Assembly: GCA_963699755.1 (NCBI GenBank)
Contig: CAVOVB010000004.1
Location: forward strand, 64,001-128,000
Length of the DNA: 64,000 bases
Direction: 5' to 3'
Origin: an uncultured delta proteobacterium
Lineage (GTDB): Bacteria; Myxococcota_A; Polyangia; Polyangiales; Houyiibacteriaceae
The translations under genes and the position numbers were made by a program. Positions 9,395-19,800 of the stretch are shown piece by piece. Numbering within the stretch: the stretch's first letter is position 1; every line of letters begins with the position of its first letter. The notes under the pieces are model-generated. The model was not told where the DNA came from, ran no database searches, and worked only from the letters and a program-made list of their open reading frames with translations.

Positions 9395-9988
9395 ATGGCA
9401 GTCGAAGTCAAAGTCATCAAGAAGCCCCGCCGTACCGTCGCCGAACAGGTATATCTCCCCGAGATCGCCAAGGGCCTGAGCTTTGCGATGGGACGCTTCT
9501 TCAAGAACACCTTCGGCCCAGAGGCCAAAAAGGAAATCGCCACGGTCAGATACCCGGAAGAGACGGTCGAATACCCAGAGCGCTTCCGCGGAATTCATCG
9601 GCTCACGCATCGAACCGACGGCTCGCCACGCTGCGTCGCATGCCTTTGCTGCAGCACGGCTTGCCCGGCACAGTGCATTTACATCGAGCCGGCCGAGTAC
9701 GAGCCCGATGACCCGCGCTACGGCTACGAGCGCTTCCCAGCCGTGTTCACGATCGACGAGCTCCGCTGCATCTTCTGTGGCTATTGCGTCGAGGCCTGTC
9801 CCTGCGATGCCATTCGAATGGATACCGGTATGCACATGCCGCCTTCGACCCGACGCGAGGACTTCATTTTCGACAAGGACACCTTGCTTTCGATCCCAGG
9901 GCGCGATGGTTCTTTTGTCACCGCCAACCCCCGCCATGAGCCGGGCGATCCGAGCTACCCGGGGATCGACCGCGAGGGCGGCCACTGA
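9395..9988 (+). CDS. nuoI: NADH-quinone oxidoreductase subunit I
   Basis: Two 4Fe-4S motifs, CVACLCCSTACP and CIFCGYCVEACP; YPE..RFRG.H; start at ATG 9395. Confidence 0.96.
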   Translation: MAVEVKVIKKPRRTVAEQVYLPEIAKGLSFAMGRFFKNTFGPEAKKEIATVRYPEETVEYPERFRGIHRLTHRTDGSPRCVACLCCSTACPAQCIYIEPAEYEPDDPRYGYERFPAVFTIDELRCIFCGYCVEACPCDAIRMDTGMHMPPSTRREDFIFDKDTLLSIPGRDGSFVTANPRHEPGDPSYPGIDREGGH

Positions 9989-9990
9989 CC

Positions 9991-10839
9991 GTGAGCGATT
10001 CGCGCGCGGCCAGCCGGACGGCGATCATGGTCGCCGCTTACCGCGGCAGGGCCTCGGCTGCGACGAACCCGGTCTGTGACGATCCATGGGCGCTTGGGCT
10101 CGCCGGAGCTGAAGGCGAAGCGCTTGCCCGTCGCTGGGACGAGCACTCACCTTCGATGGAGCTCTGGATGGGGCTTCGAACCCGGTATCTCGACGACTGC
10201 GTGAACCGGGCGCTCGATCGAGGCTTTCGTCAAGTCGCAATCCTCGGCGCCGGCCTCGACACCCGGGCCGCACGCCTCGGTCGCGACGGCGTCCGCTTCT
10301 TCGAGGTCGACCAGCCCGCCAGCCAGGCCGAAAAATATAAACGCCTTTCGAGGTTTGAGGCCTATCCGCTCGAAGCAGCGACATTCGTTCCGTGCGACTT
10401 CGAACGGGATGACTTCGTGCAGCTCCTCGAAAACGCCGGCCTCGACCGGCAGTCTCCGGTCTGCTTCGTCTGGGAGGGTGTGATCTACTACCTGCTCGAA
10501 GTGGCAGCCCGCTCCACGCTGCAACGCCTGGCCGCCGAATTCGACCCCCGCTCGCTTCTCGTATTCGATTACCTCAACAGCAGGATGGCCAAGTCGAGCC
10601 CACGGCTTCGCGAAGAGGACCGAGCGATGAAGGGCATCATCGAGGAGCTTGGCGAGCCCATGCAGTTCGGCATCGACGATCCGACGCCCCTGATGGCCGA
10701 GTGCGGCTATCGATTCCTTCGAACGATCTCCTTCGACGAGCTGGCCCTGCAATACACCGGGACCTACGCGCGTGAGCGCTTCTTTCGCTTTCAGGCGATC
10801 GCGCTCGCGAGCGCATCGGAGCAGATGTCCCTGTGGTAG
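9991..10839 (+). CDS. SAM-dependent methyltransferase (LCM / TIGR00027-like)
   Basis: RTAIMVAAYR, RTRYLDD, QVAILGAGLDTRA, FFEVDQP, WEGVIYYL. Confidence 0.9.
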   Translation: MSDSRAASRTAIMVAAYRGRASAATNPVCDDPWALGLAGAEGEALARRWDEHSPSMELWMGLRTRYLDDCVNRALDRGFRQVAILGAGLDTRAARLGRDGVRFFEVDQPASQAEKYKRLSRFEAYPLEAATFVPCDFERDDFVQLLENAGLDRQSPVCFVWEGVIYYLLEVAARSTLQRLAAEFDPRSLLVFDYLNSRMAKSSPRLREEDRAMKGIIEELGEPMQFGIDDPTPLMAECGYRFLRTISFDELALQYTGTYARERFFRFQAIALASASEQMSLW

Positions 10840-11588
10840 AGAGGCGACGAATCGATGGTCGCGCGGTCACCTTCCGCCACGAGCCGGGCAGGGGGCCAGC
10901 GCTGGTCTGCATTCACGGTTCCGCAGACAACCACCACGTCTACGATCGGCTTCTCGACGAGATGCCGGAACGTGAGCGCTACGCGATCAACCTTCCGGGA
11001 CGGGCAGACACCGACGGTCCGGCGCTTGTCAGCGTGGCCGAGATGGAAGCGTTTGTGTCCCGTTTCATCGATGCAGAAGTAGAAGGGGACTACCTCCTGG
11101 TGGGCCACTCTCTCGGGGGTGGCGTCGCGATCGAGCACGCGCTCTCATGCGCATCGGAGCACCTCAAAGGCATCGTGCTACTAGCTACGGGCGCGCGTCT
11201 CCGCGTCCACCCCATGATCCTTCAGCTCTTCGAGCAAGCCGTGAAGTCCGGCGCTTCCATCTCGCCGCTCCCTCCGGGCCTCTATGAACAGGGCACGGAC
11301 CCTCGACTCGTCGCGGCTGCTTCGAAGGCTCGCGAGCTTACGCCCATCGAGACCGGTCACGCCGACTGGCGCGCCTGCGACAGCTTCAACCGCATGGAAG
11401 ACGTCGCCAAAATTCGAGTCCCCGCCCTTATCGTCACAGGCAGCAACGACGCCCTCACGCCAGTGAAGTACGGCCAATACCTCGGGGCTCAGATCCCCCA
11501 CAACAAGCTCTACATCCTAGATGGCGCTGGCCACATGCTGCTTACCGAACGCGCGGCCGAGCTCGCTACGCTCATGACCGCAAGCTAG
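10833..11588 (+). CDS. Alpha/beta fold hydrolase
   Basis: IHGS oxyanion motif, GHSLGG nucleophile elbow, G.ND acid, GAGH catalytic His. Confidence 0.9.
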   Translation: MVERRRIDGRAVTFRHEPGRGPALVCIHGSADNHHVYDRLLDEMPERERYAINLPGRADTDGPALVSVAEMEAFVSRFIDAEVEGDYLLVGHSLGGGVAIEHALSCASEHLKGIVLLATGARLRVHPMILQLFEQAVKSGASISPLPPGLYEQGTDPRLVAAASKARELTPIETGHADWRACDSFNRMEDVAKIRVPALIVTGSNDALTPVKYGQYLGAQIPHNKLYILDGAGHMLLTERAAELATLMTAS

Positions 11589-11704
11589 CTGCCTGCCCAG
11601 CGAAGTCAGCAGGTAGAGCCCAGGCGAGTGGAGGGAAACTTCCGCCGTGGGCGTCCGATAGGTCTGGCATGGAGTCCACGGCCGCACTACGGTGCCTTCC
11701 GTTC

Positions 11705-13609
11705 ATGAGCGACATCGACTTGGCTTTGCGGGAGCGTTTTGGGCTTCCGGCCTTTCATCCCTGGCAGCGCGAAGCGATCGAGGAGCTCCTCGAAGGGCGG
11801 CGGCGGGTTGTGGTGATCGCCCCAACTGGTGGGGGAAAGTCGCTTTGTTACCAGCTACCTGCCGCCGTGCTCGAAGGCACCTCCATCGTCATCTCGCCCC
11901 TCATCGCACTCATGGAAGATCAGGTGCGAGCGCTCACGCAACGCGGAGTCGCGGCGACTTATCTAGCGTCGACGCTCGACCCGGATGAAGTGAAGAGACG
12001 GGAGCGCGAAATCTTCGAGGGCCGCTACCAACTCGCGTACGTGGCGCCGGAGCGCCTAGAGTCGCAGTGGCTCGTCGACAGGCTCGCGGCGATCCACCCC
12101 CCACTGCTCGCAATCGACGAAGCACACTGCATTTCCCAGTGGGGCCATGATTTTCGACCCTCGTACCTGAGGCTCGGCGAGGTCATCGAACGGCTGCAGC
12201 CTCCCCGGGTGATTGCCTGCACGGCGACCGCCACGCCGATCGTGCGTCGCGAAATTCAAGCGCGGCTTGGGCTCGATTCAGATCGGAGCGCCGTCATTTT
12301 GCGCGGTTTCTCACGCCCGAATCTTCATCTTGCCGTCGTAGAGAGCGATAGCTCCACCCAGAGGCGCAAGCTTATGCTTGGCGCGCTTCGGGGTGCGCTT
12401 GGAGCTCCCGCGAACCCCAAGGGGGGCGCCATCGTGTACGCGGCGACTCGGCGCAACACCGAGAACGTCGCGGAGGCCGTCGCCAAAGACGGTTGGCGGG
12501 TCGCCGCATACCACGCCGGGCTTTCTGCTGCCGTGCGCGAAGAGGTCAACCGGAGTTTCGCAGATCATTCGCTCGACGTAGTGGTCGCCACCAATGCATT
12601 CGGCATGGGTATCGATCGGGCTGACATTCGCACGGTGGTGCACGTGCAAGCGCCTGGCTCAGTCGAGGCTTACTATCAAGAGATAGGGCGCGCGGGTCGT
12701 GATGGGCAGCCTGCACATGGGCTCTTACTGACCAGCTCAGGGGACCTCGGGCTACGACGTCGCTTGATCGGCTTCACTGGCGGCCGAGATCCCGGCGGCC
12801 CAGAGGACCCCGCGCACGCTCAGCAGCAGTGGCGCCTCTTCCTCGATCTCATGCGGTACGTCGAAGCGGGGAGCTGCCGGCACGATTTCATTCTGCGCTA
12901 TTTCGGCGACGAGCAGGAAACCCTGGGCGGCTGCGGTCACTGCGACGTATGCGAGCGCCTCGAAGAGCGAGGCGAGGAGGGCGGGTCACGAACCACCTCT
13001 GAAGACGAGACCCTACTGGTGCGCAAAGCGCTCGCCGGTGTCGCGCGCAATCAGGGGCGCGCGGGGCTGACCGCGGTTTCAGAGATGCTTCATGGCACCC
13101 AGAGCGAACGCCTGCGTCGATTGGGGCTCACCGAGCTCAGCACGCATGGCTTGCTCAAAGAGTGGCCCAAGGCCTGGGTACTCGCCCTTCTGAGGCGGCT
13201 CATCACAGCGGGTCTCGTCGATCTCAGCACGGGTGAGTTTCCGATCCCTCATCTGACGACGCTTGGGGTGGCGACCATGAAAGGTGAAGAGCCGGTTCGC
13301 GTGCTCGTCCCCGACGAGGACGCTGGCCGCCCCCCATCGGCCAAGAAGGAACGCCGGCAGGGGAGCCGGGACCTCCCCGAGGACGTCGACGTGTCGCTCT
13401 TCGAAAGCTTGCGCGCGACACGTCTCGATCTCGCCCGCAAGAAGGGCGTTCCTGCCTATGTCGTCTGCCACGACCGAACGCTTCTTGAAATCGCCGCCTC
13501 TAAACCCACCTCGGTCGAGGCACTGGCCCGTATTCACGGGATGGGCCCCGCGCGCATCGAGCGCTACGGGGAGCCGTTCCTCGACACCGTGAACTCCCAC
13601 GCGCCGTAG
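11705..13609 (+). CDS. recQ: ATP-dependent DNA helicase RecQ with RQC and HRDC domains
   Basis: PTGGGKSLCYQ, DEAHCISQWGHDFRP, TATAT, ATNAFGMGID, QEIGRAGRDG, Zn site CR..CGHCDVC, HRDC VPAYVVCHDRTL. Confidence 0.95.
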   Translation: MSDIDLALRERFGLPAFHPWQREAIEELLEGRRRVVVIAPTGGGKSLCYQLPAAVLEGTSIVISPLIALMEDQVRALTQRGVAATYLASTLDPDEVKRREREIFEGRYQLAYVAPERLESQWLVDRLAAIHPPLLAIDEAHCISQWGHDFRPSYLRLGEVIERLQPPRVIACTATATPIVRREIQARLGLDSDRSAVILRGFSRPNLHLAVVESDSSTQRRKLMLGALRGALGAPANPKGGAIVYAATRRNTENVAEAVAKDGWRVAAYHAGLSAAVREEVNRSFADHSLDVVVATNAFGMGIDRADIRTVVHVQAPGSVEAYYQEIGRAGRDGQPAHGLLLTSSGDLGLRRRLIGFTGGRDPGGPEDPAHAQQQWRLFLDLMRYVEAGSCRHDFILRYFGDEQETLGGCGHCDVCERLEERGEEGGSRTTSEDETLLVRKALAGVARNQGRAGLTAVSEMLHGTQSERLRRLGLTELSTHGLLKEWPKAWVLALLRRLITAGLVDLSTGEFPIPHLTTLGVATMKGEEPVRVLVPDEDAGRPPSAKKERRQGSRDLPEDVDVSLFESLRATRLDLARKKGVPAYVVCHDRTLLEIAASKPTSVEALARIHGMGPARIERYGEPFLDTVNSHAP

Positions 13610-14385
13610 CCGACCACTTCATCGCGGCTTCCCGCGGTGTCGCCCGAGCTTCTGAGGTCCAAGGTCCGCGGGACGAGCCCGTGTCGTTGCGCCACCTGCA
13701 AGAGCCCCTGAATGCCCGTGCGGCCGCAGGCGTCTTCTGCATCGATGCGTTCCGGCGCAAATGATTCGATGGCCGATGCAGTCGCCTCGTCCATGCGCTT
13801 GGCGGTGTCGTAGTCGTGGTAATGGCTCAAGTCGGAGCTGATGACGATGAGTGTTTCATCGCCGCCCCAGAGCGCTTCCAGGACATTCGCCACCTGCGCT
13901 GGCGAGGCCCGTCCGACCGTGATTGGAAGAACGGCAAATGCGCCGAGCACCTCCTGCAGAAACGGAAGCTGAACCTCGAGCGAGTGTTCCCAGTGGTGCG
14001 CATCGTCGCGTACCTGGACATAGGGGAGACGCAGCACTTCGCGGCGGGCCGTTTCATCGATGGGAACCGACCCGAGCGGCGTTTCGAAGGCGGTGTCGCT
14101 GGGAACGGCCAAGCCGTCGAAAGGCAGACGATGACTCGGCCCGATCAGCACGACGCGCTTAACCAGCTCCCGTGCGCCCTCCAGCTGGACGAATGCCGTG
14201 GCGGCGACTGGCCCCGAGTACGCATAGCCAGCGTGTGGCACGATGAGCGCCTTCGGCCAGGGATCGCGCGCTGCGGAATCGCTGCGGGCCGAATCGAGCT
14301 GCTCGCGGACCACGGCGCGCAAAGCAGCCCCGCTCGCTGGATAAAACGAACCGGCGACCGCAGCTAATCGAACCCTGGCCACCAA
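13564..14385 (-). CDS. amrB: AmmeMemoRadiSam system protein B (MEMO1 family)
   Basis: AVAGSFYP, PHAGYAYSG, IGPSH, EHSLEVQLPFLQ, SSDLSHY, ACG, VVGYGA. Confidence 0.93.
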   Translation of the reverse strand: MVARVRLAAVAGSFYPASGAALRAVVREQLDSARSDSAARDPWPKALIVPHAGYAYSGPVAATAFVQLEGARELVKRVVLIGPSHRLPFDGLAVPSDTAFETPLGSVPIDETARREVLRLPYVQVRDDAHHWEHSLEVQLPFLQEVLGAFAVLPITVGRASPAQVANVLEALWGGDETLIVISSDLSHYHDYDTAKRMDEATASAIESFAPERIDAEDACGRTGIQGLLQVAQRHGLVPRTLDLRSSGDTAGSRDEVVGYGAWEFTVSRNGSP

Positions 14386-14468
14386 CGAAATCTGAGCACG
14401 TTCGAGAACTTGTCAACGCGAGCGAGTCGGGCTTGCAAGTGAGACCCTGGATGCGCATCGTGTCTTTG

Positions 14469-15569
14469 ATGGTTCAACCCCTCAAATCAACGGTGGCGAC
14501 TGACTATTGGAGCCTGCTCGAGGACGGACGGGTTCTCTGCGAGCTCTGCCCGCGGGCCTGCAAGCTTGGTGAGGGTCAGCGTGGGCTCTGTTTCGTCCGG
14601 GCCCGCGAAGATGACGCGGTCGTGCTGACCACCTATGCGCGGTCGAGCGGATTCGCCGTGGACCCGATCGAAAAGAAGCCCCTCAACCACTTCCTACCCG
14701 GAACGCCGGTGTTCTCCTTTGGGACGGCAGGCTGCAATCTGACATGCAAGTTCTGTCAGAACTGGGACATCTCGAAGTCTCGCCAGATGGACACGCTCGC
14801 TGACGCGGCGGGGCCCGATGAAATCGCCGATGCGGCTGAGCGACTCGGCTGCCGGAGCGTGGCGTTCACCTACAATGATCCGGTGATCTTTCTCGAGTAT
14901 GCGCGCGACGTCGCCCATGCGTGCAAAGAGCGCGGCATCCGAACCGTCGCCGTGACCGCGGGCTACGTCAACCCTGCGCCGAGGGCCGAATTCTTTTCCT
15001 TCATCGACGCGGCCAACATCGACTTGAAAGCATTCGATGACGACTTCTACCGTCGGATCGCTGGCGCGCGACTCGAGCCGGTCTTGGACACGTTGCGCTA
15101 CCTTCGCCACGAGACCAACGTTTGGTTCGAGATCACCAACCTCGTGATACCCGGGCATAACGACGCAGACGACGACATTCGACGGATGAGCGATTGGATC
15201 GTCGAAGAGCTAGGTCCAGACGTGCCATTGCATTTCTCCGCGTTTCATCCGAGCTACAAGATGCTGGATGTGCCTCCCACCTCGCGAGCGGCTCTGCATC
15301 GAGCGAGGAGCATCGCCCGCGAAGCCGGAGCTCGTTACGTTTACACCGGCAACGTGCACGACCGAGAAGGTGACACGACGTATTGCGCTGCTTGCGGAAC
15401 ATCGCTGATCACCCGTGATTGGTATGAGATCCTGTCTTGGAACCTCGAGGAAGGAGCCTGTCCGGGCTGTGGCACTCGCTGTGCCGGCGTGTTCGAGGCG
15501 CAACGCGGGACCTGGGGCGCCCGCCGCCTTTCGGTCAAAATGGCGCCGGACGGAATCGCGCTCTCGTAG
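14469..15569 (+). CDS. amrS: AmmeMemoRadiSam system radical SAM enzyme
   Basis: CELCPRAC..GLCFVR, DPIEKKPLNHFLPG, GCNLTCKFCQNWDIS (CxxxCxxC), AFHP, C-terminal CxxC pairs. Confidence 0.94.
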   Translation: MVQPLKSTVATDYWSLLEDGRVLCELCPRACKLGEGQRGLCFVRAREDDAVVLTTYARSSGFAVDPIEKKPLNHFLPGTPVFSFGTAGCNLTCKFCQNWDISKSRQMDTLADAAGPDEIADAAERLGCRSVAFTYNDPVIFLEYARDVAHACKERGIRTVAVTAGYVNPAPRAEFFSFIDAANIDLKAFDDDFYRRIAGARLEPVLDTLRYLRHETNVWFEITNLVIPGHNDADDDIRRMSDWIVEELGPDVPLHFSAFHPSYKMLDVPPTSRAALHRARSIAREAGARYVYTGNVHDREGDTTYCAACGTSLITRDWYEILSWNLEEGACPGCGTRCAGVFEAQRGTWGARRLSVKMAPDGIALS

Positions 15570-15581
15570 CTCGTCGCGTCC

Positions 15582-16469
15582 CTACGCCGCCGAGGCTCTG
15601 CCTTCGGGCACCGCGAGGATCTTGCCGAGGAAGTCGAGCACCGCGCGAATGCGCGCGCTGTCGCGAAGGTCTTTGTGGACGGCTTGCCAAATCTGACGCG
15701 GTTCGGGCGCGCCTTGGACTGGGAGACGAACCAGGTAAGGATCGTGATCGGCGACGAGGCAGGGGAGCAGGCCAATCCCGGTTCCTGCGACCGTCGCCGA
15801 GTAGGTGGCTGAGACGCTATCAGAGCGCAGCGCAACCCGGGCTCCGTCCATGCGCGCTTCGATCCAATCGTTTTCGCGGCGGAACGGACGAACGTTGGCG
15901 AAGAGAATCATCTGGTGCCCAGCCAGCGAGTCCTTTGGCAGGCCGAAGCGATCGACGTAACCAAGGGATGCGTACAGCCCTAGGTGAATGAAGGAGAGGC
16001 GCTTGATGATCAGATCCTCCTGCGTCGGGCGAGCCAGACGAAGAGCAATGTCGGCTTCCCGCCGGGCGAGGTTCACTTCCAGATTGGTGCAGTTGAGCTC
16101 GAGTTGGATCTCGGGGTAGCGCTCGCGGAAGCGATGTAGCTGCGGAGCGATGAATCGGGTGGTGAGCATTTCCGTCGCGGTCAGCCGCACCACGCCTTCG
16201 AGCTTCTGATCTTCGCCAGCGACGTCGCGCTCGACCCCGAGAGCCTCGCGCTCTATTCGTTCGGCGCGCGGCAGCAAACGGTGGCCGGCCTCGGTCAGCA
16301 CGTAGCCGTTGGGCGTTCGGTCGAACAGCCTCGCGCCGAGCTCCTCTTCGAGCTTGACGAGTCGTCGGCCCACGGTAGTTGGGTCCAGCGATAATGCAGT
16401 GCCCGCTGCGGCGAGCGTCGCGTGCCGTTGGAGCGTCAGGAAATAGCGCACATCGTCCCAGTTGAACAT
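15582..16469 (-). CDS. LysR-family transcriptional regulator
   Basis: N-terminal HTH WDDVRYFL..TTVGRRL..LEEELGARLFDR..LTEAG; READIALR effector domain. Start is 16469 or 16481. Confidence 0.95.
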   Translation of the reverse strand: MFNWDDVRYFLTLQRHATLAAAGTALSLDPTTVGRRLVKLEEELGARLFDRTPNGYVLTEAGHRLLPRAERIEREALGVERDVAGEDQKLEGVVRLTATEMLTTRFIAPQLHRFRERYPEIQLELNCTNLEVNLARREADIALRLARPTQEDLIIKRLSFIHLGLYASLGYVDRFGLPKDSLAGHQMILFANVRPFRRENDWIEARMDGARVALRSDSVSATYSATVAGTGIGLLPCLVADHDPYLVRLPVQGAPEPRQIWQAVHKDLRDSARIRAVLDFLGKILAVPEGRASAA

Positions 16470-16472
16470 GGC

Positions 16473-16519
16473 CTGCAGCATCGCAGCCTGATCGCCGAGA
16501 AGCAACTGCAAAAGTGCGT
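16473..16519. promoter_or_regulatory. Two CTGC-N6-GC dyads, candidate LysR operator sites
   Basis: CTGCagcatcGCAG (16473-16486) and CTGCaaaagtGCGT (16506-16519), 33 bp apart, in the divergent intergenic region. Confidence 0.45.
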
Positions 16520-16587
16520 TATCAGGCTGCGCAGCTCAAGCGTATTGAGGCGCTAAGTCCTTCATATGACGAACGAAAGGAGCCATC

Positions 16588-16776
16588 ATGCAGAGCCTTC
16601 ACCGAATGGAGCGGAGCCCATACCTCGAGGTCCTAGCAAAGCAACTGGAGGTTTGGGAGCAGTTGATCGTCGCGCTGAAAGAGACCTGGGATCGTGCGTT
16701 CAGCCCTGATTGTCAGCTGGACCCCCAGATTTCGCCCCAGGAAATCTGGGCAGATCTGACCCACGGACGCGACTGA
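16588..16776 (+). CDS. Small hypothetical protein (62 aa), divergent from LysR
   Basis: Strong RBS AAAGGAG (16576-16582) 5 nt before the ATG; fills the gap; predicted amphipathic helix. Confidence 0.65.
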   Translation: MQSLHRMERSPYLEVLAKQLEVWEQLIVALKETWDRAFSPDCQLDPQISPQEIWADLTHGRD

Positions 16777-16874
16777 GAGCCAAGACACCCCTGGAGCCGA
16801 CGCGCTTCAGTTCTGAAAACAGCATAGGCAGAAAACTCTGTTACAGTAAGAATCAGGGACCTCGGAGGGAGCCG

Positions 16875-19800
16875 ATGAATCGACCTATGCCTACTTGGGT
16901 GGCGGCCGCGATGGCCGTCTTGATGACAGTTGCGGGCTGTGGTGGAGGCACCGTAGCCAACGGCCGCGTGGCTCCAAAGATCAGCTCGACACCCTCGACG
17001 ACCGCGACGGTAGGGGTTCCATACAACTACACGGTGACCGCCGACGGGATGACGCCAATCGGATTCGTCCTGGAGTCGGGTCCGTCTGGTTTTTCAGTCC
17101 ACCCAAGCACGGGCGTCGTCACCTGGACGCCGCAAAGCGAAGGCACGGTTTCGGTCACGATCAAGGCCACGAATCTCGCAGGGTCCGACATGCAATCTTT
17201 TGACGTCGAAGTTGTAGGTCTGAGCGGTCCGGAGTTCGTCACCGAGCCGCCGACCGAAGCGACGGTCGGGGCGCAATACGCATATGATCCCCAAGTCGTT
17301 GCCAATGGCGACGTTTCGTGGAGCGCCACGGTCGCACCGTCGGGTTTGACCATCGATCCTGATTCCGGCGCAGTGCGTTGGACGCCCACCTTCGATCAAG
17401 CGGGCGGACAGGACGTCACGATCCGTGCAACCGAGGACGACAGCGGCTTGCATAGTGAACAAGCGTTCGTGGTCACCGTCGAGGATACGGGCGGCCCGGC
17501 AGTGATCACCTCGACGCCGCCGGAACGCGTCTACGCTGGTGAAGTCCTTCAGTACGACGCAACAGCTGCCGGCGCGCCGGTGATTCAATGGACGGTGGAA
17601 GAACCATCGACGGGTACGCCGGCAGTTGGTGTGACCATCGTGACCAGCCCCCCGGAAGGGGATGCGGTGACGATCGAATGGGATACAGACAGCGTTGCGC
17701 CCGGACTCTACAGCATTGCGATTCAGGTCGACAATGGGCTCGGCGAGCCAAACGTCCAGGAGTTCATGGTGACGGTGGATCACCGCCCGCCGGTGCCCAA
17801 GATCGATCTCGTCACGGCGCCGCGGCCCCCCTCAACGATCTTTGTTGGCGAACTCTACGACTACGACGTGAACCTGACACCGGAAACCGAGAGCGACGGG
17901 GTGGTATGGAGCCCCACCGGCACCACCATTCCCGCAGATTTGGCAATCACGATCGACTCGGTCACCGGTCGGGTCACTTTCACGGCCTCCGAGTCCAACG
18001 GCGAGCTCGAGTACAGTTACACGATTCGAGCGGAGAACGTGCTCGGCGACGGTGATGAAGCGACGATCACGGTCGACGCCTTCTACCCCCCCGCGACGCC
18101 GATGCTCAGGGTCACACCGGCCACGACGTTCAATCTCGAGGTCGGCGAAAGCTTCCCCGGCGCCTCGGCGACGGCAACGGGGAATCCGACTCCGACGCTC
18201 AGCATCTCGGGCACGCTTCCCGATTTCCTGAACTTCGATCCACTTACCGGGCTGCTTTCGGCATCGTCGAGCAAGCCGGCACCGGAGAACTCGGACATTG
18301 GAGCACACTCGTTCGACATCGTCGCAACCAACAGCGAGGGGACCGACAACGCGACGATCGAGGTCAGAGTCGTTGCGGCTCCGCCGCGCGTCGATTCGAT
18401 CACGCCAGCCGCGGGCCGCCGTCAATCCGATGTTCCGGTCATCGTTCGCGGCGCTGGGTTCGTGAGCGCGGCTGCGCCCGCGATCCGTCTCGAGCTCGGC
18501 ACCTACACCGAGAGTCTCAGCACGACTTTCGTCGACGAGTCGACCCTGACGGCAACGGTGCCCATCGATCTTGCCCGGCCTTCGGGGGTTTACGACGTCC
18601 TGGTCGATCAGGGCTCCTCTACGACCCTTGCGAAGCGGTTCACCGTGACAGAAGGGGACGGAACCACACTGAGTGGGAGCGTCGGTGTGGACATCACGCT
18701 TCGTGCGAGCGACAGCCCGCACGTCATCACCGGAAACCTTCTGATCGAGAACGGCGCGACCTTGACGGTCGAGCCGGGCGCGGTCGTCATGTTGGCTGGC
18801 GGAACCAATCGCCGGATCGACATCGGAACCGGCACTGCCGGCGCCCTGGTGGCCGATGGCGGTCTAGCTGGTGTGGATGACCAGATCGTATTCACTCGCT
18901 TTCAGGACATCGCTGGCCCGGTGCCGGGTGGTCATTATCGCGGCCTGCGATTCGGGGCAAACATCATGTCGGCCACGACCGTCCTCCGCAATGTCGTCGT
19001 CGAGTTTGGTGGACGGGTGAACACCGAGACGAATCGCGGCGCGATCGAAGTTCTCAGTGGCTCTGCGCCGATGGTCGCCGACTCGATCATTCGAGAGAGC
19101 TTGAACTACGGCCTCTACGCACAGGCCGGCGCAGGCTCGGAGACCGTCAATTGGTTCGACGGGAACCAGCTCACGGCAAACGGAAGGGCCCCGGTCAACA
19201 TCGGTTCGGACGAGGTCTCGACCCTCGGCGCCAACCTCGACCTCTTGGGCAATGGAGAGGACCGCGTCTTCGTGCGCGGCTCGGTGGTGAGCCGAGCGAA
19301 TGCGTCCTGGGCAAACTACGGCGTCCCATACTACCTGAGCGCCGACATCAACGTCCGCGCTGGGAGCACGATGAACATCGCACCCGGAACCCAGATGCGG
19401 TTCGCACCGGCGCGCCGTCTGATCGTTTCGACGAACGGAGAAGATGGGACCCTGGTTGCCGCAGGCACGGCAGAGGCACCGATTCGAATGCTGGCCGACA
19501 GCGGCACTTGGAATGGCATTTACTTCGATGATCGAATCCAAGCGGCGACGGTCCTGCGAAACGTTCGAGTCGAAGGCTACGGCTCCGGCGTGAACGGAGG
19601 CCTCCGTGTCGACAACCCTATCGATCCCGGTGGCCGTGTCGCCGTCGTCGAGGATTGCGTCTTCCAAAGCGACGAGCCTGGCGCGACCGGGGTGTACCTG
19701 TCCGACAACGCCCGCCTGAGCTCCTTCGAGAACAACGTGCTGGCAGTCGACGGCGTCTCGGTGAGCGCCACCATGGCGGGCTTCGATGATGCGCTTGGCT

